Source: Felis catus
Taxonomy: Eukaryota
Assembly (NCBI RefSeq): GCF_018350175.1
Contig: NC_058368.1
Coordinates: 186,126,001 to 186,190,000 of the forward strand
Reading direction: 5' to 3'
Length of the DNA stretch: 64,000 nucleotides
Numbering within the stretch: the stretch's first letter is position 1; each line of letters opens with the position of its first letter. Positions 52,523 through 64,000 of the stretch are shown here, one piece after another. The notes below the pieces were generated by a model, which searched no databases, had not been told where the DNA came from, and saw nothing but the letters and a program-made list of their open reading frames with translations. Both the position numbers and the translations under genes were made by a program.

Positions 52523-52728
52523 GGGGCACCTGGGTAGCTCAGTTGGTTGAGCCTCCTACTCTTGGTTTTGGTTCAGGTCATGATCAAACAGTTCGTGATT
52601 TCAAGCTCTGCATTGGGCTCTGTGCTTACAGTGTGGAGTCTACTTGGGATTCTCTGTCTCCCTTTCTCTCTGCCCCTTCCCCACTCACTCTCTCAAAAAT
52701 AAATAAATAAACATTAATATAATAAAAT
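52523..52728 (+). mobile_element. Can-SINE, intronic, antisense to GABRA1
   Basis: TSD aaaatagctcctcttt / aaaacagctcctcttt. Confidence 0.93.
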
Positions 52729-53910
52729 AAAACAGCTCCTCTTTTGAAGAAATTCCTGAAATAAGTTGCATGTCATTTGCTTGAGGTTATACAGCTCAGA
52801 AGTGGCAAGACAAAAATACGAACACAAGTTTGTCTGATTCAAATGTCCACAATCTTTCCCCTTTTTTTGGTAATGCTGCCTCATTTGCCCGATTCTGTGA
52901 ATCCATTCCTAGTGATTAATGTTACCTATATTCAAAGCAGTTTTCAAGCCAGTTGTTTTTAGCTTATTTAGACAATTATGAGTTGGTATGTGAATGATAT
53001 CCATTAATGTTCATTTAATAAATTGATACAATCAACCTACTATATGCAAAACCCTATAACAGAAGCATTGTAACATACCTCTTAAGCCATTTGAAAATGT
53101 ATTAAAAAACTCACAGTAGTCCCATAGGGGTGGCTCAGGCTGCATGATATGGAAAGACTTCCAACCTCTTCCAGTGACTAGTCCCAACCTTACCACTTAT
53201 TAGCTCTATGGCCTCAAGTAGGCAAATTTACTTGTAGGGACCTCAGTCTCCACATCTGTAAAAGGGGTGATTTAGATTTCATTCTCTCAACTATCTATAA
53301 TTGTTAAAATTATCAGAGAAACTTCTGTACAATTTTTCACAAGATTACTTGAGGATTAAATGTAATAAAGGTAAAAGAATTTTAAAGATGGTAAATTATT
53401 TCCATGGAAGATACTGTCATCTCATGTCTAAAACTCATACCTATGATTACCCTTTTGGATTAATATTTAGAGAATCAGCAATGTCACACAGCTGGTAGGT
53501 GACTAATTTTTCTAAGCTGCTTTAAGCCATCCAATATTTCCTAGTTTTCCATGAATTTTAAGGTAGATGATCTTTGTAACTATGTTAGGGAGTGATAAGA
53601 TTAAAAAGAAACATTGAGACTTTTATTAAATCATATTTTTTTGATACATGGTCACAGATATAGGGAGCAGACTTACTCTAAATTTTGGAGGTGTTACAGA
53701 AAGTTCTGGGGAATTATCTGTATTATATAACCAACAAATGGTTTAAGAAATATTGGCCGGTAAACAGTTCTTAAATTTACATATCAGTATTAACTTGAGC
53801 TAAGAGCAAAGTAATTAAATGTCAGTATTTGAGGAACTGAACAACCCAGTTCAAATCCCAACTCTGTAATTGCTGAATGACCTTGGGAAAACTGCCTCAC
53901 AATCCTGAAC

Positions 53911-54122
53911 TTTTTTTTTTTTTAATTTTAATGCTTATTTATTTTTGGGAGACAGAGAGCATGAGTAGAGGGAGGGCCAAGAGAGGGAGACACAGAATCC
54001 AAAGCAGGTTCCAGGCTCTGAGCTGTCAGCAGAGTCTGACACAGGGCTCTAACTAATGAACCACAGGATCATGACCTGAGCTGAAGTCAGACATTTAACC
54101 AACTGAGCCACTGAGGCATCCC
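53911..54122 (-). mobile_element. Can-SINE, intronic
   Basis: Poly-T tail, full reverse body. Confidence 0.93.
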
Positions 54123-54152
54123 TGTTGTCTTTTTTAAAAATTATCTCTTTTT

Positions 54153-54332
54153 GGGGCACTGGGTGGCTCAGTCTGTTGGGCATCCAACTTCGGCTCAGGT
54201 TGTGATCTCACAGCTTATGAATTTGAGCTCCACATCGGGCTTGCTGCTGTCATCATGAAGCCTGCTTGGGATCCTCGGTCCCTCTCCCACTCGTGCTCTC
54301 TCTTTCTCTCACAAATAATAAATAAACATTAA
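54153..54332 (+). mobile_element. Can-SINE, intronic, antisense to GABRA1
   Basis: ggggcactgggtggctcagtc head; TSD aaaattatctctttt / aaaattatatctttt. Confidence 0.92.
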
Positions 54333-54467
54333 GAAAATTATATCTTTTAAAAATAATTTTAATAAGTCTAACTCAGAGGGATATTATGAATATTAAATAA
54401 AATACTGTAAAAAAAAGTGTTTAGTATTAAGCCTGATACCAAGAACAAAGCTAATGGCTACTATTAT

Positions 54468-54684
54468 TTTTTTAATGTTTTTTTATGTTTTTATTTACTT
54501 TTGAGACAGAGACAGGGCATGAGTGGGGTAGGGGCAAAGAGAGAGAGGGAGACAGAATCTGAGGCAGGCTCCAGGCTCTGAGCTGTCAGCACAGAGCCCG
54601 ACATGGGACTTGAACTCATGAGCCGCAAGATCATGACTTGAGCTGAAGCCGGATCCTTAACCGACTGAGCCACTCAGGTGCCCC
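54468..54684 (-). mobile_element. Can-SINE, intronic
   Basis: TSD aatggctactattatt / aatggctattattatt. Confidence 0.94.
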
Positions 54685-55915
54685 AATGGCTATTATTATT
54701 GACAACTTTGGTCCTTGTTAGTAAATCTCTGCTGCAGTGAATTTCATTTTTTTTTAAATTTTGGTTCATGTAGACAACTGTCAGAAGTAATTTGGGAATG
54801 GGTGTTCTTTAAATGTATCGGTAAATTAAGAGTGAAGAGTAGCATAAACAGAGGTGTGTGTGTATGTGTGCGTGTGTGTGTGTGGTCTTCCAACACTTGC
54901 TACAGGGGCAGAGAAAGGAAAAAAAAACTGTGTTGAGCACCTATTAAAAGTTCCAAGAACTCAATCTGACAATGCATATATTTTATTTCTCTCAATATTT
55001 TAAAAAGCACTATTTTACTTTAATTGCTCTCTCATTTAACAGGCAACCGAATCTTTGAAAAATGAAGATTGGATCTAAAACTTGGACCTATGTGGCAACA
55101 AAATTACAGGACCACACTGCCTCTGAATGACAGCATGGACCATCAAAATGATGTTTTAAGACATAAAACAGGCTTTGGCTTTGCTGCATTCTTCAACCTT
55201 ATACTAACCTGTTAGAAAGAACAACTTTTTTTTTTCTTTTTCCTTTGTATATTTTTTCTTTAAATATCCGTGACCCTGTCAGGCATCTGACACAGCACAG
55301 AGGAATGTGCTGAACTGAGACTAAAAACAATGGAAACATGTGTACTAAGTAAATGTTAAAAGGCTAAAGGTCTAGAGAAATTGTACTAGTGATTGTATTG
55401 AACTTAAAATGTTACAAATATATGACTTGATACACAGAAATACTTGCCACAGCTGAGTTTACAAATACGTAGTTAGGTTCACCAGAAGGGCATGAGTTGG
55501 CTGAGATATCACATTGTTGGAAATGTGAAGAGCAAGGGTTTTGACTTATAAAAGATTCCAAAATGCTTTAGAGAATTTCCAAAAAGGAAGGATAGAATTT
55601 ATTAGGGTGAGAAGGAGGGAGAGTGAGCATTAAAATAAATAAATAAATAAAAATAACTTTTCACTGCACTTCTGGGTTCATTCTACAAAAATAAACACAA
55701 ATATTAAAATATTTTCTCTATTCCCTTTCTTTTTCAATTTCCAGTGAATAAAGGGCTCAAATTAAATATACATATAGAAGTAAGCACCTTGACAAGAGTT
55801 CAATCTTCAGTTCTAGTAAGTGGCTTCAACACTAGTTAATATTAACAAATGGTAATTAAAGAAAGAATTTGAAATGAGCTACTCTTGTGCTCTGCAGCTT
55901 GAATCATCTGGGATC

Positions 55916-56117
55916 TTTTTTAATGTTTATTTATTTATTTTTAGAGATGTGGGGGTGGGTGGCAAAAGGGGGAGAGAGAGAACCCTAAGCAGGCTCTGCA
56001 CTGTCAACACAGAGCCCGACGTGAGGGCTCCGGGCTCGAGCCCACAAACTTCAAGATTATGACTTGAGCTGAAACGAAGACTCAGATGCTCAACCAACTG
56101 AACCACCCAGGCACCCC
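55916..56117 (-). mobile_element. Can-SINE, intronic
   Basis: Reverse body ending ccacccaggcacccc. Confidence 0.9.
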
Positions 56118-57693
56118 CATCCCAGACCTTAATATAGCTATGTTCCTAGACTACACTCAGAGCAAAGATTTGGTCATTTCCAACCTGGAAGCACTTTGCT
56201 AGGTTCAAAAGAAAAGACTCTTTCCTGGGCACTCATAGCAAAGTCTTGTTTTTTTCATGAGATAACAGATTTTTCATGCCTTGCCTGTTATTGAAGATTG
56301 ATGCCATAGGGATCTAGGCACATGAATAATCCTCAATTTAGATTATAAGCTTCTTAAGGCTTTTTATTCTCTGGTGAAGAGGCTTAAATATAGCATGTGC
56401 CTAGTTGATGTTTTAGAATAAACTTTGATAATTTCACATTTCACCAATAAATATGTGATTGTTATTTCCAAATGAATCCCACAACCACTTGATTTCATGT
56501 CTCATCATTGCATCTATATAGCATATTGATTTTGGTTTGGAAAGGTCATTAAGGCACCAACTCCACGGCGAAGGGAGAGTCTGGGTCTTACTACAGACAC
56601 CTTCACCTAATAGCTTCTGAAGGTGCTATTCTTGGGCAGGTTACCCAATTTCTTATTCTTTAGCTTTCTCTTCTATAACACAGGGATAATAACAGTACAT
56701 AGAATTTTTTAGCATTAAATAAGAGAATATAGGTTTATATAATATAACCTGATATAAGAGCATTCAATAAATATTATCTATGATTTTCAATGTGACTCAA
56801 ATTTTAAGCTCCAGAATATAATCTTCATAAGGGGAGCGGTTTATGTTTCATTCACTGTAGCATTCTATGCCTACAACATAGTAGGAGCTCACAGTAGGTT
56901 TCAAAGAAATGTTCGCTGAATCAATGTATGAATCAATCAATGAATTCATTTTTTGTAATGGAATATTTTGTTTTCATCAGTCTTTAAAGTAAAATTAATA
57001 TAGTGTACTACAATACAGGCAGGAAATCCCTCTTTATATGAAATACAAGCTTCTAAAATTATAAGTTAGGGGGTGATTTTTCCAATAAGTAAAAAGTTTG
57101 TTACAATTTAAACAATATTGCAATTAGATTTCCTTAACTCATAACATATAGAACATTTAAAACATCTTGATAGGAAAAAACAAAAGTGTATTTGAAACTC
57201 TTCAGAAGCATACACATGAGGTAAAATGAGGTATTTCTATACTGATGATGGTCATTCATGAGCTCTCCCTACCTAAAGAATCCCTGCCTTCATATACGTA
57301 AGGAAGTAATTCTGCTGATATTTTCTCAGATTCTCCAAAAATACACTGATACATGATTATACACTCTAAATATATGATTTCAATATTAATATTTTTGTTT
57401 TTCATCTATCACCATGTATTTTATGTTTGCTTCATTCCTCAACTCTCCCAAAACATCACATCAAATGTTCGTTAGTTCCATCTAACTACATGCACTAGAA
57501 ACAGCTTTTGCTATTTAGAGAAAAAGTTTTTAAAAATCATACCATAATGAGAATGGTAACTCTTTGAATCTTTCTATTGTGCTAACTTCAGATTTTAATG
57601 TATAATTACTTTTTCATTCCATCAGCAACGTCACCAATATGATATAACTTGCCCTCCATGTTAATCGGCATGCAAATGTTAATTGGCACTCAC

Positions 57694-57846
57694 CAAAGAC
57701 AGTCCTTGCTGGTACAGACTCTCTGTTGAGCCAGAAAGAGACTTGGGAGAGAATAACTGTCATTATGCATGGCAGGTATGTTTGAATAACGAAATAGCCA
57801 ATCTTTCTCTTCAGGTGGAAATGAGTGGTCATTACAACATATTCTC
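57694..57846 (-). CDS. GABRA1: GABA-A receptor alpha-1, internal coding exon (end of extracellular domain, TM1, start of TM2)
   Basis: Translates (G)[50 protein letters not shown](G); acceptor ttttaccctctag|GA, donor TTTG|gtgagt; 153 bp, phase 1-1. Confidence 0.98.
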
Positions 57847-58496
57847 CTAGAGGGTAAAACAGACAGTAAGGTGAAACAATTTGACCTTGAAAAGAAGTTA
57901 TCTTTAAATTTTTTCCAGCAGCAGCAAAAGCCTGTTCTTTAGACCTATCCTGTCTCCAGGTGACATTTGGTTCCCAAAGAGAAAAGCTTTTATCCAGGAA
58001 AGGAAAGAGATATTACAAAAACACACCAAGACGGGTCTGAGGATGAGACTGAGGTGCCAGAAATGTCATAGATATTGTCAGAACCTTATCATGGTACATC
58101 ACCCATTTCAGACATATCTGAGCATCTGTTTACAGATTGGCTTTAATGACCATGAAGGCAATGTGTGAGTCCCCGATGACACATACTAATGGGTTAGAAC
58201 AGATCAGATCCCCAGTTTACCACTATGGAAGACATTCAGGCTGTCTAATGAAGAAGCTTTGATGTCCAACTTGGGGGAGTTCCTCACAACACCAACAATT
58301 CCTTTCAGCAGCTCTGTCACCTTCAGTAAGTTATTTAGCTTAAGCCTGATCTTTGAAATAGGAGAGTGAGCTATCCCCTGGGTTCTATACCCAGGGTTTC
58401 TCAAAATTTATTTTGAGGAATACATTCATCAGAATCACCTGGAAAGGTTTTGACATTCAGTTCTTCAGGTCCTACCTAGATAAACAAACCATTCTT

Positions 58497-58716
58497 TAAA
58501 AAAAAATTTTTTTTTAATTTTTATTTTTTAAAGAGAGAGAGAGAGACAGAGCACAAGTCAGGAAGGAGCAGAGAGAGAGGAACACAGAATCCAAAGTAGG
58601 CTCCGGGCTCTGAGCTGTCAGTACAGAGCCCGAAGTGGGGCTCAAACCCATGAACTGTGAGATTACAACCTGAGCCAAAGTCGGACACTTACCGACTGAG
58701 CCACCCAGGTGCCCCC
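58497..58716 (-). mobile_element. Can-SINE inserted in a MER5-like relic
   Basis: Perfect TSD ACAAACCATTCTT at 58484-58496 and 58717-58729; flank has cagggtttctcaaa...catcagaatcacctgga. Confidence 0.93.
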
Positions 58717-59789
58717 ACAAACCATTCTTCAGGCAGGCCCAGGAAAATCCATTCCAATACAACTTTTGAACTTGTCCCAATTCCTAGCCTAAGCTAGAAA
58801 ACAGTAGACTAGGTAGGCACAATTCATGGTTTTGGTATGTATCAAAATCTGATTTCATTTACAGGTCAAAAGTGATAGACATACAAACCAAATTGTAGGA
58901 GTTTATTTTTTTAATTGATGTTATATTTTCTCAATTATAAACCTTTAGAATCCATTCTGAATATATATATACTTAGCTATCTGTCAGTGGGTAGAAGAGA
59001 ACCAGGTGTATTCTTACACTATCACTTCCTTTGGTATTCACATTTCTCCATCTTTCTCCTTCCCTTCAACTCCAAACTTCCTCCTATGCAACCTGTTATA
59101 TATGTTTCAATCTGTGGCCATCCAGCTTCAGCCCTTAATGAGGCTAAAACTGTTCATGATCTCTTAATATCCTAAACTTCATCTTTCTGGAAAATAATTA
59201 TAGAGGTTCTGAGTATAGTTTGGCTTTCAGCTTTCTTCCCCTTTTTTTCTTGACTCTAGCCAGGGTTTCCTTTCTCACCCCTGACCCTAGTGTCATTTGT
59301 ACCTAGAGGGCTGCCAAATCTAGAGCTCTAAGTAACATCGTTTTTAAAATCAACCTGTATTCCCAAATGTCTACAAGACATCTCAGACACTCTGATTTTC
59401 TATTGACATCACCAACTAAATACATTCAAAAACAGACATTAGTTAACCTTTCCCATAAAAAATAATGACCAGCATACAGCTGTGTTGAATTTCCACTTAG
59501 AGTCCATCTTTAAATTCATGGTACTTTCATCTTTCTACTCACTCAGGCTAAAACCCTGGAATTGATCCATGGATGTGAAGTAGGGCTTCAGAGGGAGAAA
59601 GAAAGGAATAAGTTGAGCATAACAATTTTAATTTCTCCTGTGCAGTATCTCCCAATCTATAGTTTATCTGGTGGTCACTGCTCTTATTGCCTTTGTAGAT
59701 CCGTTAATTGTCTTGCTCATCTCTAGCCACTCCCTCACTCCAGTTTTTCCTAAACTTTGATGCAGAGTGATCTTTTTAAAGCATATGTA

Positions 59790-59982
59790 GGTGCACCTGG
59801 GTGGCTCAGTTACTTGAGCATCCTACTCTTGATTCCAGCTCAGGTCACAATCTCATAGTTGTGGCATCAAGCCCCGCGTCAGGCTCTGCGCTGAACATGG
59901 AGCCTGCTTAAGATTCTCTCTTTCCCTCTGCCTCCTCTCTTCCTTGTTCTCTCTCTCTCTCTCTAAAATAATAATAAAAAAA
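59790..59982 (+). mobile_element. Can-SINE (older), intronic, antisense to GABRA1
   Basis: cacctgggtggctcagtt head, CT tract, A tail. Confidence 0.9.
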
Positions 59983-60031
59983 GGGTATGTAAAATCTTAA
60001 AATACCTTAATGGATTCCCATTGTCTACATT

Positions 60032-60195
60032 AAGGTTTCTCAACCTCAGCACTATTGACATTTCTGACCAGATAATTATTTATTGTGAGGGCTGTCCTAT
60101 ATGTTGCTGTATATTCAGCCTGACATGTACCCACTAGATGTCACTAGCAAATACTCCACTCTTCCCCAGTGTCACAATCAACATTGTCTCCAGTG
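60032..60195. mobile_element. MER20-like hAT-Charlie DNA transposon
   Basis: ggtttctcaacctcagcactattgacattt...gataatt...gggctgtcct...tacccactagatg...tgtctccag. Confidence 0.8.
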
Positions 60196-63100
60196 TTACA
60201 TACTGACAAGCAAACTCCCTAAGCTGTATTTAAGACTCTGTCACAGCTCTAAAGATGCATTTTAGCATTATGTCTCATAGCTCAGCACTCATTCTCACAA
60301 CTCGGTATATTGAGATACTGATACAAAATTCTCTACATGACATCTATTACTGCCGAATATTTTGTTCACCTATGGGTTGGGATGAATCCATAGCAGAATA
60401 GGAAGAAATGTACCGTAAAGGAAAGCTTATTAGCTTTGGAAGCAAATGGATTTGAGCTCAAAACTTAGACATCTTATATTCTTACTGTTAGCCTTGGGCA
60501 ACTCAGTCTCTGATCCTCTGTTTCCTAATCTGTAAAATAGTGAGAAGTATACTGTGGGGAGAATGAAGAATAGGGAGTCTATTGAAGATCATGTTGTGTA
60601 AGTGTTTTAAAATAAATTTTAGTTCCTTTTCCCATTTTCTTATCTGTTCCCTCCAATCAGAATTGGTAAAAGTATTAGTAAAATAAATGCATTTATTCTT
60701 CACAGTAGGAAATAATTCACAAGTGCAAATAAGCTTTCACTGATAATTGTTAAGAATGATAACAATTTTAATTGTTATCAGTAATGTTAGTTGTTTTAAT
60801 TGCTATCAGTAATTTTAATTGTTATCAGTAATGACTTACTGATCCCTTGTAAGTAATTTCAAATTTATTTATAGCTTGTTTACATTTATAATAATATCTT
60901 ATACTTTTTAGTTTATCTAATTTATATGCTTATATTCCTCTCATCAAACTTAAAATTAATTGGAAAAGGATAGTTCTTTGAATATAGCATGGTTTTACAT
61001 ATTTTAAGTATTCAAATATCTGTGTATGGTGAAAAGGGACACACTGAGATTTAAGGGCACTCACTCAAATCAACATCCATCAGAATCTCTCTTTGGGAGG
61101 GAAATATGCTTACTAATTTCTTTTAATTTTCTATAGATACATTAGGTGACCTCCAAGGTCACCCAAAAGAATTAAATGATTCAAATTTGAGAAAGATGCA
61201 AAAAAACAATTTTCCCTGGGCTACTAAAATGTCATCTTATGGACATGGCCATGTTACATTTTATCCTCTCAGGAGTACGCATTATTATTCTAACCATTCA
61301 TTCAACTGAGGTTTACAAAATTTTACCAGCCCAAAGAAAAAATTCCAGAATGTCAGAAAGATGAATATCTATACATATTCCATTATCATCTTTTGTTGTT
61401 CACAATGAACATTTTAGGAAGATTCTGAAAATAATATTATTTTGGAGGAACTATTATTCAACATATTTGTTATATAAACCATTTGCCACTAACAAAATAG
61501 AGAAAGGAGGATTTCAAATCTTCTGAAATCATTTTCTTAAATTAAACAAAATCTAAGAAGCTTTGACACAAAACATTTAAGTAATGAAAAGGCAGCAAAA
61601 TCAGAATCATGTTGTAATAGTTTAAAAATAAAAGAAAAACACAACAAAAAAAAATCAGTCTCCTAAATTGAATAGAGATATTCCTAAAGAATATCTCTAG
61701 ACATCAAGTGCTTATGCACTAAGCATGTCAAATTCTTTTCCTCTAATTCAATAATCTAGAAGAATTGTAATTCAAATATCCTTGCATATCATGTAACCCT
61801 CAGGGAAGCTTGTAAATTAGATGTGACAATACTTCTGATACATTACCATACAAAATTAAGGAGAAGGATGGAAAAGAAACAGGGATCTAAGTCAGAAAGC
61901 AGCTTTGAGGGTTTGTTTAGAACTGGCTTCCATTTACTTGAAGAGCAAATTCCTTGCTTAAGTTTATTTGACTTCAGTTTCCTCATTTGTTCAATTAAAA
62001 TGATAGTGCTTTACTTAATTATTTCCTTGGATGCTGTTAGGATAAAATGAAATGGTAGATATGGAAGTTATTTAAAAAAATTGAGTCACATGCATATTTA
62101 TAGCGTGTAGACAAAAGGATAGAAAGGTATTCTTTCCATATCTAGAAAGCAACCATTCACTTCAACAAAGTTGTAGTGAACATTAGGTCCATATAAAGTT
62201 GATCCTTTCCTTCCAAGTACTCTAAAATTTGTGTTTTCTAAGTTATGTGTTTCCTAAGTTTCTATGATACCTTTTTAATGGGAACGAGGAATGAAAAATA
62301 TCGAGGGAAGAATTCGTATTTTAATATCTGCTCAAAGGGTTATGAAATAGAAATAAGAAAAAAAAATGGTTAGAGTTCTAGGCCACTTAGCCTCTCTAGA
62401 CCCATCTCTTCATCTGAAATAAGGATAGGTTGATCAGATGACTATAGAGTCTTTTCTCCCCATCCCCAACTGCCAGGCTTTACATTTTATGGCTACAATG
62501 ATTTCTTGGAGATCATGTACTATGTTTCATAAATGGGAGACTTGAGGCTCCTTGGATGAATGTTTAACAAAACTGCTGCCTCCGGTCTGGGAAAATGGTT
62601 GTTTCCTCATTCATTTTGACCCTGCAGGGTCGTCCTTAAATAAAGTCATCCAGAGAAGATTTTGAGGATGTCACAATTTCTTTTGGTCTGATGTTCTAAG
62701 GATAAAAGATAGTCATTCACAAAGAAGAAATATTCATACTCAGCAAAGCTCACCTAAATTTCCTCTGATCAAATCCATCTAGTAACTTAGGTAAATATGA
62801 AGGTTTTAGTCATCACTGTGTACTTAAAAAATGCATTACATATTATTTTGTTATTGTTTTCTGGCCATATTTTCATTACACCTAATGACTAATTATTATA
62901 CTTATTTAATTATTATACTTTCTGTATAAGTCATATTTCCATGCCTCTTAATGACTACTATGACTTTTGCATGGGCTCTCCTTAAAGAATTATTTAGGAA
63001 ACATAATGTGGTATAGTAGAATGAGATGGGGGCCATGTCTGTGGTCTAGTTCCAAACTGCTTTCTCTGATATGTCAAGCAGAAATGACCTCTTCTTGCCA

Positions 63101-64000
63101 TGTGGCTCTCTTGCACTAACCCTATCACTATTATTGATAGTAATATCTAATATTTATTACATAGTTTTTACATGTCAGGTGCTCTGCTAAGGAGGTCACG
63201 TGCATTTTCTCATTTCAATCTCACAGTAGCTCATGAAGTAGATCCTCTTATTATCTCCAAATAGCACAAGAGAAAAACGAACAGAGAAATGTCTTGCCAA
63301 AGGTCAGGAAGTTAATAAGTGGTAAAACCAGCATTCAAAACTTCACAGCATAATTCCAGAGCCCACACTCTTAAATCCATGATGCACCACATTATAGGAT
63401 TTCACACATGTCTACATTTCCTGTTTCTAGTCATGTGGTTGAGAGCACTCTGCAGCTAGACTACCCAGGTTCAAATCCCAGCTCTGCCAATGCCTTGCTG
63501 TATGACCTAAGAAGAATAGTTAAATCTCCCTGGATTCAATTATGTCCCATCTGTATAATGGTTATAGTAAGAATAATACCTATATCCTGGGATTGTTGTG
63601 ATGATTTGAACAATGGCAAGTGCAGGTTAGCTACTTATATCAATCAACTATGAGCTTCTTGAAGGCAGGAATTATGTGTCCTTCATCTATCTTTTCCAGG
63701 CCCAATTACAATGTCAAACACAGTAAGTGAGCAAATGGCTGAAGGAATTAGTTAATAAATAAATTAATAACATAGGATTGTATTGGATTTGAGAGCTGAC
63801 TGGTCTCATCATTTAGTGTGCCTTTAAGGTTTTTCTCTGCCAGGTGACTAGCTGTACTTCAAACTAAATCTCCAACTTACTTTCTTCTCCAAAATTTTAT
63901 GGCAGACTCCAGAAAAAGATTGTGCTTTAGTGGATTTGTACTGAATTTAAAAATCCAGGGATTGAACTGAACCTCTTATTTCCCCCCTCCTAGGTCACAG

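Noticed and set aside
57847..64000. Search for the next upstream GABRA1 exon
   Set aside because: No matching coding sequence found by eye or in the ORF track; the region is intronic and the exon presumably lies beyond the window

Overview
Mammalian genomic DNA, almost certainly a felid (dense tRNA-derived Can-SINEs, including two very young cat-type copies, plus carnivore L1). The right third holds the 3' end of GABRA1 (GABA-A receptor alpha-1) on the minus strand: three coding exons (57846-57694, 51937-51735, 46534-46223) with canonical GT-AG junctions that splice in frame to encode TM1-TM4 and the C-terminus, followed by a ~2.6 kb 3' UTR ending near 43640. The upstream exons lie beyond the window. 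The left ~43 kb is AT-rich intergenic DNA containing a 5'-intact but dead L1 (32047-37648), with solo LTRs, old L1/L2/MIR/DNA-transposon debris and microsatellites. About 28 Can-SINEs occur across the window. Many short MIR/L2 relics are visible but not listed individually. I found no evidence of a new gene or novel biological system. The second-look items are retrotransposon architecture (internal RT deletion, insertion-site reuse, a poly(A)-only insertion), inverted SINEs in GABRA1 introns, 3' UTR regulatory motifs and small palindromic rearrangements. Repeat family names come from visual recognition, and boundaries without TSDs are approximate.
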